DNA of 64,000 nt, from assembly GCA_965205485.1 (NCBI GenBank), contig OZ242180.1, positions 2,383,422-2,447,421 on the forward strand, written 5' to 3'. Shown here piece by piece: positions 9,552-18,764 of the stretch (its first letter is position 1; every line of letters starts with the position of its first letter). The notes beneath the pieces were generated by a model, which saw nothing but the letters and a program-made list of their open reading frames with translations, ran no database searches and had not been told where the DNA came from. This DNA comes from Candidatus Latescibacterota bacterium (GTDB lineage Bacteria; Latescibacterota; UBA2968; GCA-2709665). The translations under genes were made by a program, and so were the position numbers.

Positions 9552-10122
9552 TCAATTGCAGGCCGAAACGACGTACGTGCCTGATTTAAGCCGGGAAGTG
9601 CTCGTTCGGGGACATGCCTGCCACTTCAGGTGCGGCGCTCCCGGTGTCGAGGGACTTCGAATCGATGTAATGGGCAAGCTGAGAGGTCTGCCTAACTTCG
9701 ATGTATTGTGGAATCGTCGGACGGAAATCGAACTACCCGAGGTCTGTGCCGTTCCGGTGATCGCGTTGGAAGATCTGGTTCGCGCGAAGAAAACGCAGCG
9801 CGACAAGGACTGGCCTATGATCCGTCGCCTGATCGAGGCCGACTACTTTCGGCGTCACAACAGGGCATCTGAAGAAAAGGTGCGTTTCTGGCTCGCAGAA
9901 TGCAGGACGCCGGACATCCTTCAGGAGATCGTGAGAAAGTATCCTGGTTTAGCCCGCGACATGGTCAGGAGTCGACCGCTCTTGATAAGCATTCTGGAGG
10001 GACGGCGCGCGGACGTCGAAGATCAATTGCGCGACGAGGAAGATCGCGAACGTAATCTGGACCGTCGTTACTGGGCGCCTCTGAGAAAAGAACTGGCTGC
10101 CTGGCGCCGCCGGCGAGGATGA
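9376..10122 (+). CDS. Nucleotidyltransferase-fold protein (AbiEii/MNT-like)
   Basis: TTG 9376 with GGAGGA RBS. LLMGGQACILYG..SRDIDL (GG...DxD), RIDV, LVRAKKTQRDKD. Confidence 0.7.
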   Translation: MNQSPIPKALSTIFGSRVRALLMGGQACILYGAAEFSRDIDLAILASADNLNHLQTVLDQLQAETTYVPDLSREVLVRGHACHFRCGAPGVEGLRIDVMGKLRGLPNFDVLWNRRTEIELPEVCAVPVIALEDLVRAKKTQRDKDWPMIRRLIEADYFRRHNRASEEKVRFWLAECRTPDILQEIVRKYPGLARDMVRSRPLLISILEGRRADVEDQLRDEEDRERNLDRRYWAPLRKELAAWRRRRG

Positions 10123-10158
10123 ATTCAACGAAGGGTTTCTGCCAACCGGAGCGGCGCC

Positions 10159-11178
10159 ATGGCTGCCAGGCCGCTGAGCGAAGCCATCCTGAATTACACG
10201 GTCCCCTGGACACGAGTGGACTGGCCGCCTGATTGGGGCACGATTTTCGGCCGTCCGGGCTCGGTGGTCGTTGAAATCGGCTTCGGCACGGGCGAGTTTC
10301 TGGTGGACCGGGCCCTTACGCATCCGGAGATGAATTTCGTTGGGATCGAACGATCATGGGTGTCGGTACAGAGGCTGTTCAGGCGGTTGGATCGAAGCGG
10401 ACCCGGGAACGTGCGGGTGGTCCACGGTGGGGCGGATTTTGTGCTGGAACGCCTCTTTTCGGTGGAGAGTGTCGCACAAGTCTACATCAACTTCCCGGAT
10501 CCCTGGCCGAAGGAGCGCCATCACGGCAGACGCCTGATCCAGCCGGCGTTCGTCCAGGTGCTTGCGGAGCGACTGGCGCCGGGCGGGACGGTGACCGTGG
10601 CGACCGACCACGGGGGATATGCGTCGTGGATTACAGGGATACTGGAAGCGCAGCCGCTTCTGCGATCCGGTTACCGGTCTCCGTCGGTGTCCGGTTTGCA
10701 CGGCAGAAAACCCACCAAATATGAACGCAAGGCCCTGTGTGGCGGCGCGCCCGTCCACTATTTCGTCTGGTTGCGCGAATCCGGCTTCGCCAGGGCGAAA
10801 ACCGTTGAAAAGGTTGGACCAATGCCGAATATGCTGCTGAAAGGGAAGTACGACCGTGCGCGGTTGCCGGCGGAATTCGACGCGTGCTCCTGGCGGACGG
10901 ACCATCACGGCGTAACGGTGGTGATCAGGCTGGTGTCCCTCTACACGGACCGGAACGGGGACAGTCTGGTGGAGGCGATGGTGAGGGAGGGCGCATTCTC
11001 CCAGCACTTCGGCATCCTGGTTCTGGCGCGATCCGGAAACCGGGTGTTGATCAAACTCTCGCCGATCGGTCAGCCGCGGCCCACCTGGGGGGTGAAGCAG
11101 GCGGTAGGCAGGGTGGGCGAGATGGTGCTGAAGCACTGTCCCGGGTTGAGCGTAGCGGAAAGCGCGGTGGGCCGATAG
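10159..11178 (+). CDS. trmB: tRNA (guanine-N7)-methyltransferase with C-terminal extension
   Basis: VEIGFGTG, INFPDPWPKERHHGRRL, ATDH, TKYERK. Confidence 0.9.
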   Translation: MAARPLSEAILNYTVPWTRVDWPPDWGTIFGRPGSVVVEIGFGTGEFLVDRALTHPEMNFVGIERSWVSVQRLFRRLDRSGPGNVRVVHGGADFVLERLFSVESVAQVYINFPDPWPKERHHGRRLIQPAFVQVLAERLAPGGTVTVATDHGGYASWITGILEAQPLLRSGYRSPSVSGLHGRKPTKYERKALCGGAPVHYFVWLRESGFARAKTVEKVGPMPNMLLKGKYDRARLPAEFDACSWRTDHHGVTVVIRLVSLYTDRNGDSLVEAMVREGAFSQHFGILVLARSGNRVLIKLSPIGQPRPTWGVKQAVGRVGEMVLKHCPGLSVAESAVGR

Positions 11179-11234
11179 CGTTCTGTCCCGGACACAGATT
11201 TCCCGATTGGCGAGGGTTTTTCGGGGCAGGACTC

Positions 11235-12293
11235 TTATGCAAAGATGATCTGCGCGCTCCCGTCCAGGGGCTTCGCGGCGCCGATGATACGTGCCCGTCC
11301 CTCCCCGGCGTCGTGGAGCGCGGTCAGAAGGCTCCGGCCCTGGTCGGGCGGGACCGAGACCAGCAGACCGCCGCTGGTCTGGGGATCGACGAATATCTCG
11401 TCGTGCCGATCGGGCAGGACCGCGTCAAAACGGGTCGCGTCCCGGATGAGTTCCCTGTTGGCGGCGTTCGCGCCGGTACCCACGCCCTTCTCGTACATTT
11501 CAAGGGCTTCCGACATGACGGGGACGTCCGACGCGGCGATCTCCAGGGTGAGCCCGGAACCCCTGGCGATTTCAAGGGCATGGCCGGCCAGGCCGAATCC
11601 GGTCACGTCGGTGGCCGCGTGGATGTCGAAACCGGCCATGGCGTCAGCCGCGGTCTTGTTCAGTGCGGCGGTGGTGTCGAGGCACTCCTTCACGGCTGCG
11701 TCCGAGACCCATCCTTTGAGGTTGGCGTTGAAGAGTACGCCGCTGCCGATGGGTTTGGTCAGGATGAGCAGGTCGCCCGGCCGTGCGCCCGAGTTGTGCC
11801 AGTATTCTTCAGGGTGGACGACTCCGGTTACGGACAGCCCGAATTTGGGCTCCTCATCGTCGGTCGTGTGCCCGCCCGCCAGCACGGCGCCGGCTTCCGT
11901 GATCTTGCTGAGGGCGCCCTCTACGATGCCCGCCAGGACCTCCGGCCCGAGGCGACGGGAGGGGAATCCGATCAGGTTCAGGCACGCGATCGGCCGCCCG
12001 CCCATGGCGTAGACGTCGCTGAGGGCGTTGGCCGCGCCGATCTGTCCGAAAACGTACGGATCGTCCACAGGAGGCGTGATGAAGTCCGCCGTGAGTACGA
12101 GGGCGGTCTCATCGTCCATCCGGTAGACGCCGGCGTCGTCGCTGGACTGAAATCCCACCATCAGATTCGGATCGGCGTTTTGAGGCAGGCCGTCCAGAAG
12201 TTTCTTCAGTCCGACCGGACTGACTTTGGCCGCTCACCCGCAGGTCCGCGCCAGGCTTGTGAGCGTATGTTTTTTCCTGATGAACGGTAACAC
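11235..12293 (-). CDS. selD: Selenide, water dikinase, selenocysteine-containing (in-frame UGA at 12234-12236)
   Basis: Frame extends upstream of the ORF-track start: GTG 12293 ...LTSLARTCG-U-AAKVSPVGL...DPNLMVGFQSSDDAGVY, DFITP.VDDPY.FGQIGAANALSDVYAMGG, DPQTSGGLL. Confidence 0.93.
12207..12222 (-). promoter_or_regulatory. Bacterial SECIS element of selD
   Basis: On the mRNA, CAGUCC-GGUC-GGACUG starts 11 nt after the UGA, with GU in the apical loop. Confidence 0.75.
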
Positions 12294-12441
12294 AGGTACG
12301 TCCCCGGAGGTTCTTGCGTATCGCGATCCGTGCTGAGATAGATACGGGAAAACAACCGCGATCGCAACCTCAAACCATCTGCATGCTCCCGCGCCGGCCC
12401 GGCTCCGGCGGGCCTATGCGCTAATCGGCGGTAATGCCCTG

Positions 12442-13158
12442 ATGAACCGTGGATTCGAAACAGTACACGCGCTCTCGTTTGTAGACGTTTCGAAAGTCTA
12501 CGATGCGGGAGTCGGATTGCGTTATGCGCTTCGCGGCGTGTCGTTTGTCGTTGAGCCTGCCCGGAAGGTGGCCGTTGTTGGACGCAGCGGGAGCGGGAAG
12601 TCCACCCTGCTGCACCTTGCGGCCGGCATTGACGTTCCCACCGGAGGGATGGTGAAGGTTGGCAATCGGGACCTGAGCGCGCTGACCGAAGAAGCCAGAA
12701 CGAAACTGCGCCGCGACGAGGTGGGACTCATTTTTCAGTTTTTCTATCTCATGCCGCACCTGCCGGTGGCGGACAACGTCGCATTACCCGCGATGATCGC
12801 GGGGGAAAAGCCGCGGTCGTACCGCCCCCGGGTTATGGAACTCCTGGAGCGCGTGGAACTTGGCGACCGCGCGGGAGACCCGGTGCAGAAGCTGTCAGGC
12901 GGCGAGCAGCAGCGGGTGGCCATCTGCCGGGCGTTGTTGCGCCGGCCCGGTCTGCTGCTGGCGGACGAACCGACGGGCAACCTGGACGACGATAACGGGC
13001 GACGGGTGATGGAACTGATGATGGAACTGGTTGATCATGAGGGCGCGACGCTGGTATACGTAACCCACAGCCGGGAATTCGCCTCACTTGCCGATGACGT
13101 CTGGGAACTGCACAGCGGAGAGTTGAGCCATCCGTCACCGCCGCGCGCCCCCGCGTAA
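12442..13158 (+). CDS. ABC transporter ATP-binding protein (LolD/AttE-like)
   Basis: [34 protein letters not shown]. Confidence 0.9.
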   Translation: MNRGFETVHALSFVDVSKVYDAGVGLRYALRGVSFVVEPARKVAVVGRSGSGKSTLLHLAAGIDVPTGGMVKVGNRDLSALTEEARTKLRRDEVGLIFQFFYLMPHLPVADNVALPAMIAGEKPRSYRPRVMELLERVELGDRAGDPVQKLSGGEQQRVAICRALLRRPGLLLADEPTGNLDDDNGRRVMELMMELVDHEGATLVYVTHSREFASLADDVWELHSGELSHPSPPRAPA

Positions 13159-13218
13159 CCGGCCGGGGCGCCGAACGCATCGTATGTTGACTGTTTTTCG
13201 CAGATCAGGGCCGTTCCG

Positions 13219-15750
13219 TTGATCCGATACTTCGCTAAATCGCTGGGCGCCCAGCTGCGCGCGGGAGGCAGCCTCTATTTTCTGACGGTATTCGGCGTAG
13301 CGCTTGGCGTTGCTTCGGTACTCTCCATTCAAATTGTGAATTTCAATGCGCTGGCCGCGTTCGAGGGGACGGTGCGGGCGGTAAGCGGGGAGGCGGACTT
13401 GAGCGTGCTGGGAAAGACGCCGGCGTTTTCGGAATATCTTTACTCCGATGCGCTGTCCGTGGAGGGTGTGGCGGCGGCCTGGCCGTTGTACCGCACGGAC
13501 GTGGCGCTGGCGGGCCGGGAGAGGTTTTACCTCGAGGTTCTGGGGGTTGACTTTTTCACGCCTATGCGCATCCCTTGGCGGGACGACCCCGGGGATCTTC
13601 CGGCCGCGCTCGCTGGCGACGGCTGGAGCGCAGTAACGCCGGACCTGGCAAAGCGGTTCGGCTGGGCCGTGGGCGATACGTTCGAGGTACACAGCGGGAT
13701 TCGACGGGTGCGGCTGCGCGTGGGGGCGCTGGTGGACTTCCGGGCGCTGAGCCCGGTCGCCAGTCGGAAGCTGGTGGTTATGGATATCGCGCAGGCGCAG
13801 GCGCTGCTGGGGCGGAAGGGCCAGCTTCATCAGATTGACGTGCGGGTGGCCAGGGGCGCGGACCCCGCCGCCGTCCGAAGACGATTGCAGGAAAGGCTTG
13901 GACCCGGGGTGCGCGTGGCAACGCCCGGCCAGCGGTCGGAGCAGGCCGAGGGTCTGCTTGCGGCATTCAGGCTGAATCTCTCGGCGATGAGCCTGATCAG
14001 CCTGTTCGTCGGGTTGTTTCTGGTTTACAGCAGCACCCAGGCGGGGTTGATACGGCGGCGGACGGAGTTGGGACTTCTGCGCTCGCTTGGCGCCACACGG
14101 GCGCAGGTCCTTGCGCTGATCCTGGGGGAGGTGGCGCTTCTGGGGGCGGTAGGCGTGCTGCTCGGGCTGCCGTTGGGGTACTGGGCCGCCGAGGCGAACC
14201 TGGAGGTCGTGAGCGCGACGCTGACCAATCTCTACCTTCTGGAGGAAATCTCATCCCTTAAGCTGCCAGGGTGGTTGTACGGACTGGGCGTGGCGATCGG
14301 GATGGGCGGCGCCGTGGCGGGCGCCCTGGCGCCGGCGCTGGACATGAGTCGGCGGGATACCCGCGTCCTCCTTTCGGCAGTTCCGCTTCAGGAACGGACA
14401 GGTCCGCTGGTATTGCGGCTTTTCTGCGCGGGCATGGGTATTCTTGCGGCGGCCGGAATCTGGTACCTCGCGTGGGGCAGGGAATGGAAACACGCCGGGT
14501 TCGTGCTTTGCGTGGCGCTCCTCATCGGACTGCCGTTATGCGCGCCCTTCGCGATCAGCCAGGTTTGCGGCCGGGTGCGCGTAAGGGGATTCGGGCCGGG
14601 TTACAGCCTGAGGGCGCTGGCCGTCCGCATCCGGACGACGTCGTTCGCGGTGGCGTCTCTGGCCATCGCCGTCAGCATGCTGGTCGGCATCACGCTGATG
14701 ATCGGAAGCTTCCGCCGGACGATGGAAGTGTGGGTCAACGCGTCTGTTCGGGCGGATGTGTATATTTCGCCCTCTTCCTGGCGTGGGCGCGGAAACGAGG
14801 GTACACTGAATGATGAACTCGTGGCTTCGTTGGCTAGTTATCCGGGCGTGAAGATGGTGGACCGCCTCCGGGGATTCCCCGCCTGGTCCGGCGACCGTCA
14901 GATTGGACTGGCCGGGGTTGACATGGCGCTTCCCGGAGGCGAGGTACGTTTTCCGCTGCTCGACGGGAACGTGGATGAGGCGATCCGAAGGGTGCGGGAG
15001 GAGTCCGCGGTTCTTGTCGGAGAAACGCTTGCCCGTGGTGTTGATAAGTGGAAGGGCGACGAAATCGCGGTATCCGGGCCGGACGGGGAGGTCCGGTTTG
15101 ACGTGGCGGGTGTGTACTACGACTACCACACGGGCGGCGGCGCGGTTGTCATGGACCTGAAAACACTTGAGACCATCTTCGGACCCGGGCCGGTCAACGG
15201 GGCGGCGCTCTTCCTCGAGCCAGGATGGGACGCGGACACGGTAATCGAGAATCTGAAAGCGCGGTATTCGGAAGCGCCACTTCAGATTCGCAGCAATCGC
15301 CGGCTCAGAGACGAGGTGTTCCGGATCTTCGATCAGACGTTTCTGGTCACACGGATCCTGCAGGGGATGAGTCTGCTGATTGCCGTATGCGGCATCATGC
15401 TGATGCTTCTCGTGCTCGTGCGGGAGCAAGCGGCCGAACTGGCGTTGTATCGCGCGGTTGGGGCGAAGCGCAGCCAGGTCTTCCTGGTGTTTCTGGGCCA
15501 GGGCATGGGTTTCGGACTGTTGGGATTGGCGCTCGGACTTCTAGGGGGCGTGCTGCTCGCGGGGGTGCTTGTCTTCGAGATAAACAGGGCGTATTTCGGA
15601 TGGACCATACAGGTCTATTGGCCCTGGGGACCCGTTCTCCAGCAGGTGGCCGCCATACTCGGCGCGGCCCTGCTGGCAAGTCTCTACCCCGCGGCGCGCG
15701 CGAGCCGTACTCCGGCTACCGAACTGGGCCGGGACGATCTGATGGCGTGA
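13219..15750 (+). CDS. FtsX/MacB-like ABC permease (AttF/G-like)
   Basis: Two FtsX-type TM bundles. GVALGVA, AFRLNL.AMS, IFDQTF..T, INRAYFGWTI. Confidence 0.88.
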   Translation: MIRYFAKSLGAQLRAGGSLYFLTVFGVALGVASVLSIQIVNFNALAAFEGTVRAVSGEADLSVLGKTPAFSEYLYSDALSVEGVAAAWPLYRTDVALAGRERFYLEVLGVDFFTPMRIPWRDDPGDLPAALAGDGWSAVTPDLAKRFGWAVGDTFEVHSGIRRVRLRVGALVDFRALSPVASRKLVVMDIAQAQALLGRKGQLHQIDVRVARGADPAAVRRRLQERLGPGVRVATPGQRSEQAEGLLAAFRLNLSAMSLISLFVGLFLVYSSTQAGLIRRRTELGLLRSLGATRAQVLALILGEVALLGAVGVLLGLPLGYWAAEANLEVVSATLTNLYLLEEISSLKLPGWLYGLGVAIGMGGAVAGALAPALDMSRRDTRVLLSAVPLQERTGPLVLRLFCAGMGILAAAGIWYLAWGREWKHAGFVLCVALLIGLPLCAPFAISQVCGRVRVRGFGPGYSLRALAVRIRTTSFAVASLAIAVSMLVGITLMIGSFRRTMEVWVNASVRADVYISPSSWRGRGNEGTLNDELVASLASYPGVKMVDRLRGFPAWSGDRQIGLAGVDMALPGGEVRFPLLDGNVDEAIRRVREESAVLVGETLARGVDKWKGDEIAVSGPDGEVRFDVAGVYYDYHTGGGAVVMDLKTLETIFGPGPVNGAALFLEPGWDADTVIENLKARYSEAPLQIRSNRRLRDEVFRIFDQTFLVTRILQGMSLLIAVCGIMLMLLVLVREQAAELALYRAVGAKRSQVFLVFLGQGMGFGLLGLALGLLGGVLLAGVLVFEINRAYFGWTIQVYWPWGPVLQQVAAILGAALLASLYPAARASRTPATELGRDDLMA

Positions 15751-15851
15751 AGCCGGGCGGTGTGCCGCGAATTCTGTTTGCCAACGTCATCATGTGGCTG
15801 GATATTCCCGTTAGCACGACACAATCTTCGCCACTTTACAGGGGGTACCCA

Positions 15852-17114
15852 ATGAATCCTTTCCTGGTTCTGCAGACCGTACTGATCGCCCTGCTTGTGC
15901 TTGCGCTGGGGGCATTCGTGTGCTTCCTGTTCGTACCCGGTGCCGCATATTCCATATCTGCGGCTCTGAGTATTGACCAGAAAGCCGATGCGCTAAAGTT
16001 CCTGGGTATAGGCGCTGCCGGTGTCCTGGTTGCTCTGAACGCCCTGATGTTCTACAGACGCGCCAGGGCGATGGAGGAGGTCGCCAGAGCGCAGGCCGAC
16101 GCCGCTTTTGAGCAGGCCAGGGCCACAGCGGAGCAGGCGCGCGCGCGCCGCGACGCCGAACTGGGACGGAGGCATCAACGCCTGCATCACGGCGTCGAAC
16201 ACATGGGGCACGAGTCGGCTGCGGTTCGCCTGGGCGGCGCCTTTGAACTCTTCCACCTCGCGCAGGATACCGAATCTTTACGACAGCCCGTGCTGGACAT
16301 ACTCTGCTCGCATATCCGCCGCACCACGGAACAGGACGCCTATCGGAGAAGGTACAGGTCGAGTCCTTCGGAGGAGGTCCAGAGCCTGCTTAACCTGTTG
16401 TTCACCTCCCCTCGCGGGATCTGTAGAGGGCTACGCATCGACCTGCAGGGATGCTGGTTGAACGGAGCGACACTCTGTGCCGCGTACCTGTGCGGCGCCA
16501 ATCTTGCGGAGGCGAGGCTGCAGGGCGCGGACCTGGTCGGCGCGCAACTCCAGGGGGCGGACCTGTCATGGGCGCACCTGCAGGTGGCCGGTCTCTCGTG
16601 GACGAGGCTGCAGGGCGCGGACCTGGTCGGGACCCGGCTCGACGCCGCGAGCCTTTCCAGGGCGAACCTGCAGGGCGCGGATCTTGCCCGTTCGATGCTG
16701 CGCGGCGCGGCGCTGGGCCGCGCGCATCTGCAAAGCGCATTTATTGTGGGCGCAAATCTGCAGGGTGCGGACCTCGCCGATGCGCAGTTCCAGGGTGTAA
16801 GAAGCCACGTGGACTACCCGGATTCCTTCACGGAGCGCATGAAGGCGTCCATCGGCGAAGAGACGGATCTGAGCGGGGCGATCTTCGGCGGCGGATTGAC
16901 ACTGGAGGAGGTGGAATCCATTCTGGAGGGGATGCACCACGAAACGGCAAACGACCTGCGGGAAAAGTTGACGCCCCACGTCGGCAAGCCGACGTCCTAC
17001 GAACTGCCGGAACACAGCGGCGCGGTCATCGGGGCCTACACGGACGAAGACGCCGAGAAATGGATCGCCGAATACCGGGAAGCGAGGGGAGAGGAGGCGG
17101 AGGACGAAGGCTGA
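15852..17114 (+). CDS. Membrane-anchored pentapeptide repeat protein
   Basis: Two N-terminal TM segments, VRLGG, then tandem A(D/N)L.GA.L repeats (LQGADL). Confidence 0.85.
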   Translation: MNPFLVLQTVLIALLVLALGAFVCFLFVPGAAYSISAALSIDQKADALKFLGIGAAGVLVALNALMFYRRARAMEEVARAQADAAFEQARATAEQARARRDAELGRRHQRLHHGVEHMGHESAAVRLGGAFELFHLAQDTESLRQPVLDILCSHIRRTTEQDAYRRRYRSSPSEEVQSLLNLLFTSPRGICRGLRIDLQGCWLNGATLCAAYLCGANLAEARLQGADLVGAQLQGADLSWAHLQVAGLSWTRLQGADLVGTRLDAASLSRANLQGADLARSMLRGAALGRAHLQSAFIVGANLQGADLADAQFQGVRSHVDYPDSFTERMKASIGEETDLSGAIFGGGLTLEEVESILEGMHHETANDLREKLTPHVGKPTSYELPEHSGAVIGAYTDEDAEKWIAEYREARGEEAEDEG

Positions 17115-17373
17115 TACTGACACCAGATGGGATCTCGTCGCACGGGTCGAGGGCATACTGCCATCGTTGCGCCTTCATTGCATTTGCAGGTGCGACCGGC
17201 CTTTCTCCCCCTTTCCTTCAGGAGAGTGGGCCGGGAGGAGAGGTCTTCGGGGGTGTGGAGGGGTAGGTCTTGATTTCGCCTCTCGTTGCTGGTTTTCGCT
17301 GACAGCTGACCACTGATTGCTGAGAGCCTTAACTAAGAGTGAGCTCCACTTTTACCAAAGAAACGGGTATCCT

Positions 17374-18534
17374 GTGAAAAAGAGCTACAGTTTCGGTATT
17401 GCCGTCCTTTTTGTCTTCGTCATGGTGGCGCAAAACAGCTTCGCACAAGGAAACAACCCCGTCAGTTTGGTCGAAGGCCGCGTCATTCTGCGAGGACACA
17501 CCTCGGGGGTTTCGTCCTTGTCGTTTTCGCCTGACGGGCTAACGCTTGCCAGTGGGAGCAATGACGCGACGATCCGATTGTGGGACGTGGTTGCCCTTCG
17601 AGAAAAGACCAGACTTACGGGCCACCCGGGGCTTGTCAATTCCGTGGTGTTTTCGCCGGACGGGAAGACGCTGGCCAGCAGCAACGAAGACGTTCGATTG
17701 TGGGATGTGGCCAGCGGTCAGGAGAAGGCGCCGTTGGAGGGCCATATGAGGGCTTTTTTCGCCCTGACGTTTTCGCCGGACGGAAGCACGCTCGCCGCGT
17801 GCCTTGGAGACATTCATTGGTGGGACGTGGCCAGCCGTCGGGAGAAGCCCAGGCTGCGAGGTCATTCGCCCAGTGCCTTTACCGTGACGTTCTCACCTGA
17901 TGGGCGAACGCTTGCCAGCGGAGGCAACGACACTACGGTTCGATTGTGGGACGCGGACACGGGTCGACAGATAGCCACGTTTTGGGATAATGCGGGTTCG
18001 GTTGGTACCGTGCTGTTTTCGCCCGACGGGAGGACTCTCGCCAGCGGCAGTGGAGACGATTCGATTCGATTGCGGGATATTGCCACCGGACGGAAGAAGG
18101 CAACAATACAAGGTCCTGACGGCTCGGTTTCGTCATTCACATTCTCACCGGATGGGAGTACTATCGCCAGCGGAGGGGGAGACCATACGGTTCGATTGTG
18201 GGATCTGGCCAGCGGTAAGGAGAAGGCCACACTCCGGGGGCATACGGGTTCGGTTGGTTGTGTCTTGTTCTCGCCGGACGGGAGGATTCTCGCCAGCGCG
18301 AGCAGGGACGGTACGATTGTCTTGTGGAATGTGTCCCCGCATATCACCCCTCAGCCCGCCGATCCGGACTTCGATGGCAATGGGGCCGTTGACTTCGCCG
18401 ATTTCTTGAAATTCGCCGCGCATTTCGGGCTGAGTTTTGGCGATGTTGGATATTACACGGGTTATGATATCGACGGCGACGGCGCGATTGCATTCGATGA
18501 TTTTCTAATTTTCGCAAAAGCGTTCGGCAGGTAG
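17374..18534 (+). CDS. Secreted WD40-repeat protein with C-terminal dockerin-like/EF-hand repeat pair
   Basis: Signal peptide, about 7 GH...FSPDG.TLAS.....T.RLWD repeats, DFDGNGAVDFADF / DIDGDGAIAFDDF. Confidence 0.9.
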   Translation: MKKSYSFGIAVLFVFVMVAQNSFAQGNNPVSLVEGRVILRGHTSGVSSLSFSPDGLTLASGSNDATIRLWDVVALREKTRLTGHPGLVNSVVFSPDGKTLASSNEDVRLWDVASGQEKAPLEGHMRAFFALTFSPDGSTLAACLGDIHWWDVASRREKPRLRGHSPSAFTVTFSPDGRTLASGGNDTTVRLWDADTGRQIATFWDNAGSVGTVLFSPDGRTLASGSGDDSIRLRDIATGRKKATIQGPDGSVSSFTFSPDGSTIASGGGDHTVRLWDLASGKEKATLRGHTGSVGCVLFSPDGRILASASRDGTIVLWNVSPHITPQPADPDFDGNGAVDFADFLKFAAHFGLSFGDVGYYTGYDIDGDGAIAFDDFLIFAKAFGR

Positions 18535-18619
18535 GCGGGCGTGCCGGGCAGAAGAGGGGCCGGGGAGACAGATCCCCGGATCGAGGGTATCCTGCCCTCG
18601 CTGCGTCTTCATCGCATTT

Positions 18620-18645
18620 GTAGGGGCGACCGGCCGGTCGCCCCT
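18620..18645. repeat. GTAG-type REP-like palindrome (copy 1)
   Basis: GTAGGGGCGACCGGCCGGTCGCCCCT, intergenic. Confidence 0.75.
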
Positions 18646-18764
18646 CTGTTGGCGCATGTTCTGTTCGACGCCGGTTGTGTCACGTGAGCCTGCATGGATT
18701 CGTCGCCGGCCGATTAGGACGATCGGCACCATTGTGACATGAAATTCCCAACCTGGAGTTCTCA

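Noticed and set aside
17195-17330. Purine/pyrimidine-rich palindrome and heptamer-like GCTGACA/GCTGA repeats
   Set aside because: Degenerate, single occurrence in the window. Probably a decayed REP or short tandem repeat with no further support.
16490-18330. DNA repeats suggestive of CRISPR or DGR
   Set aside because: They are in-frame coding repeats (pentapeptide and WD40). No cas genes or reverse transcriptase were seen.
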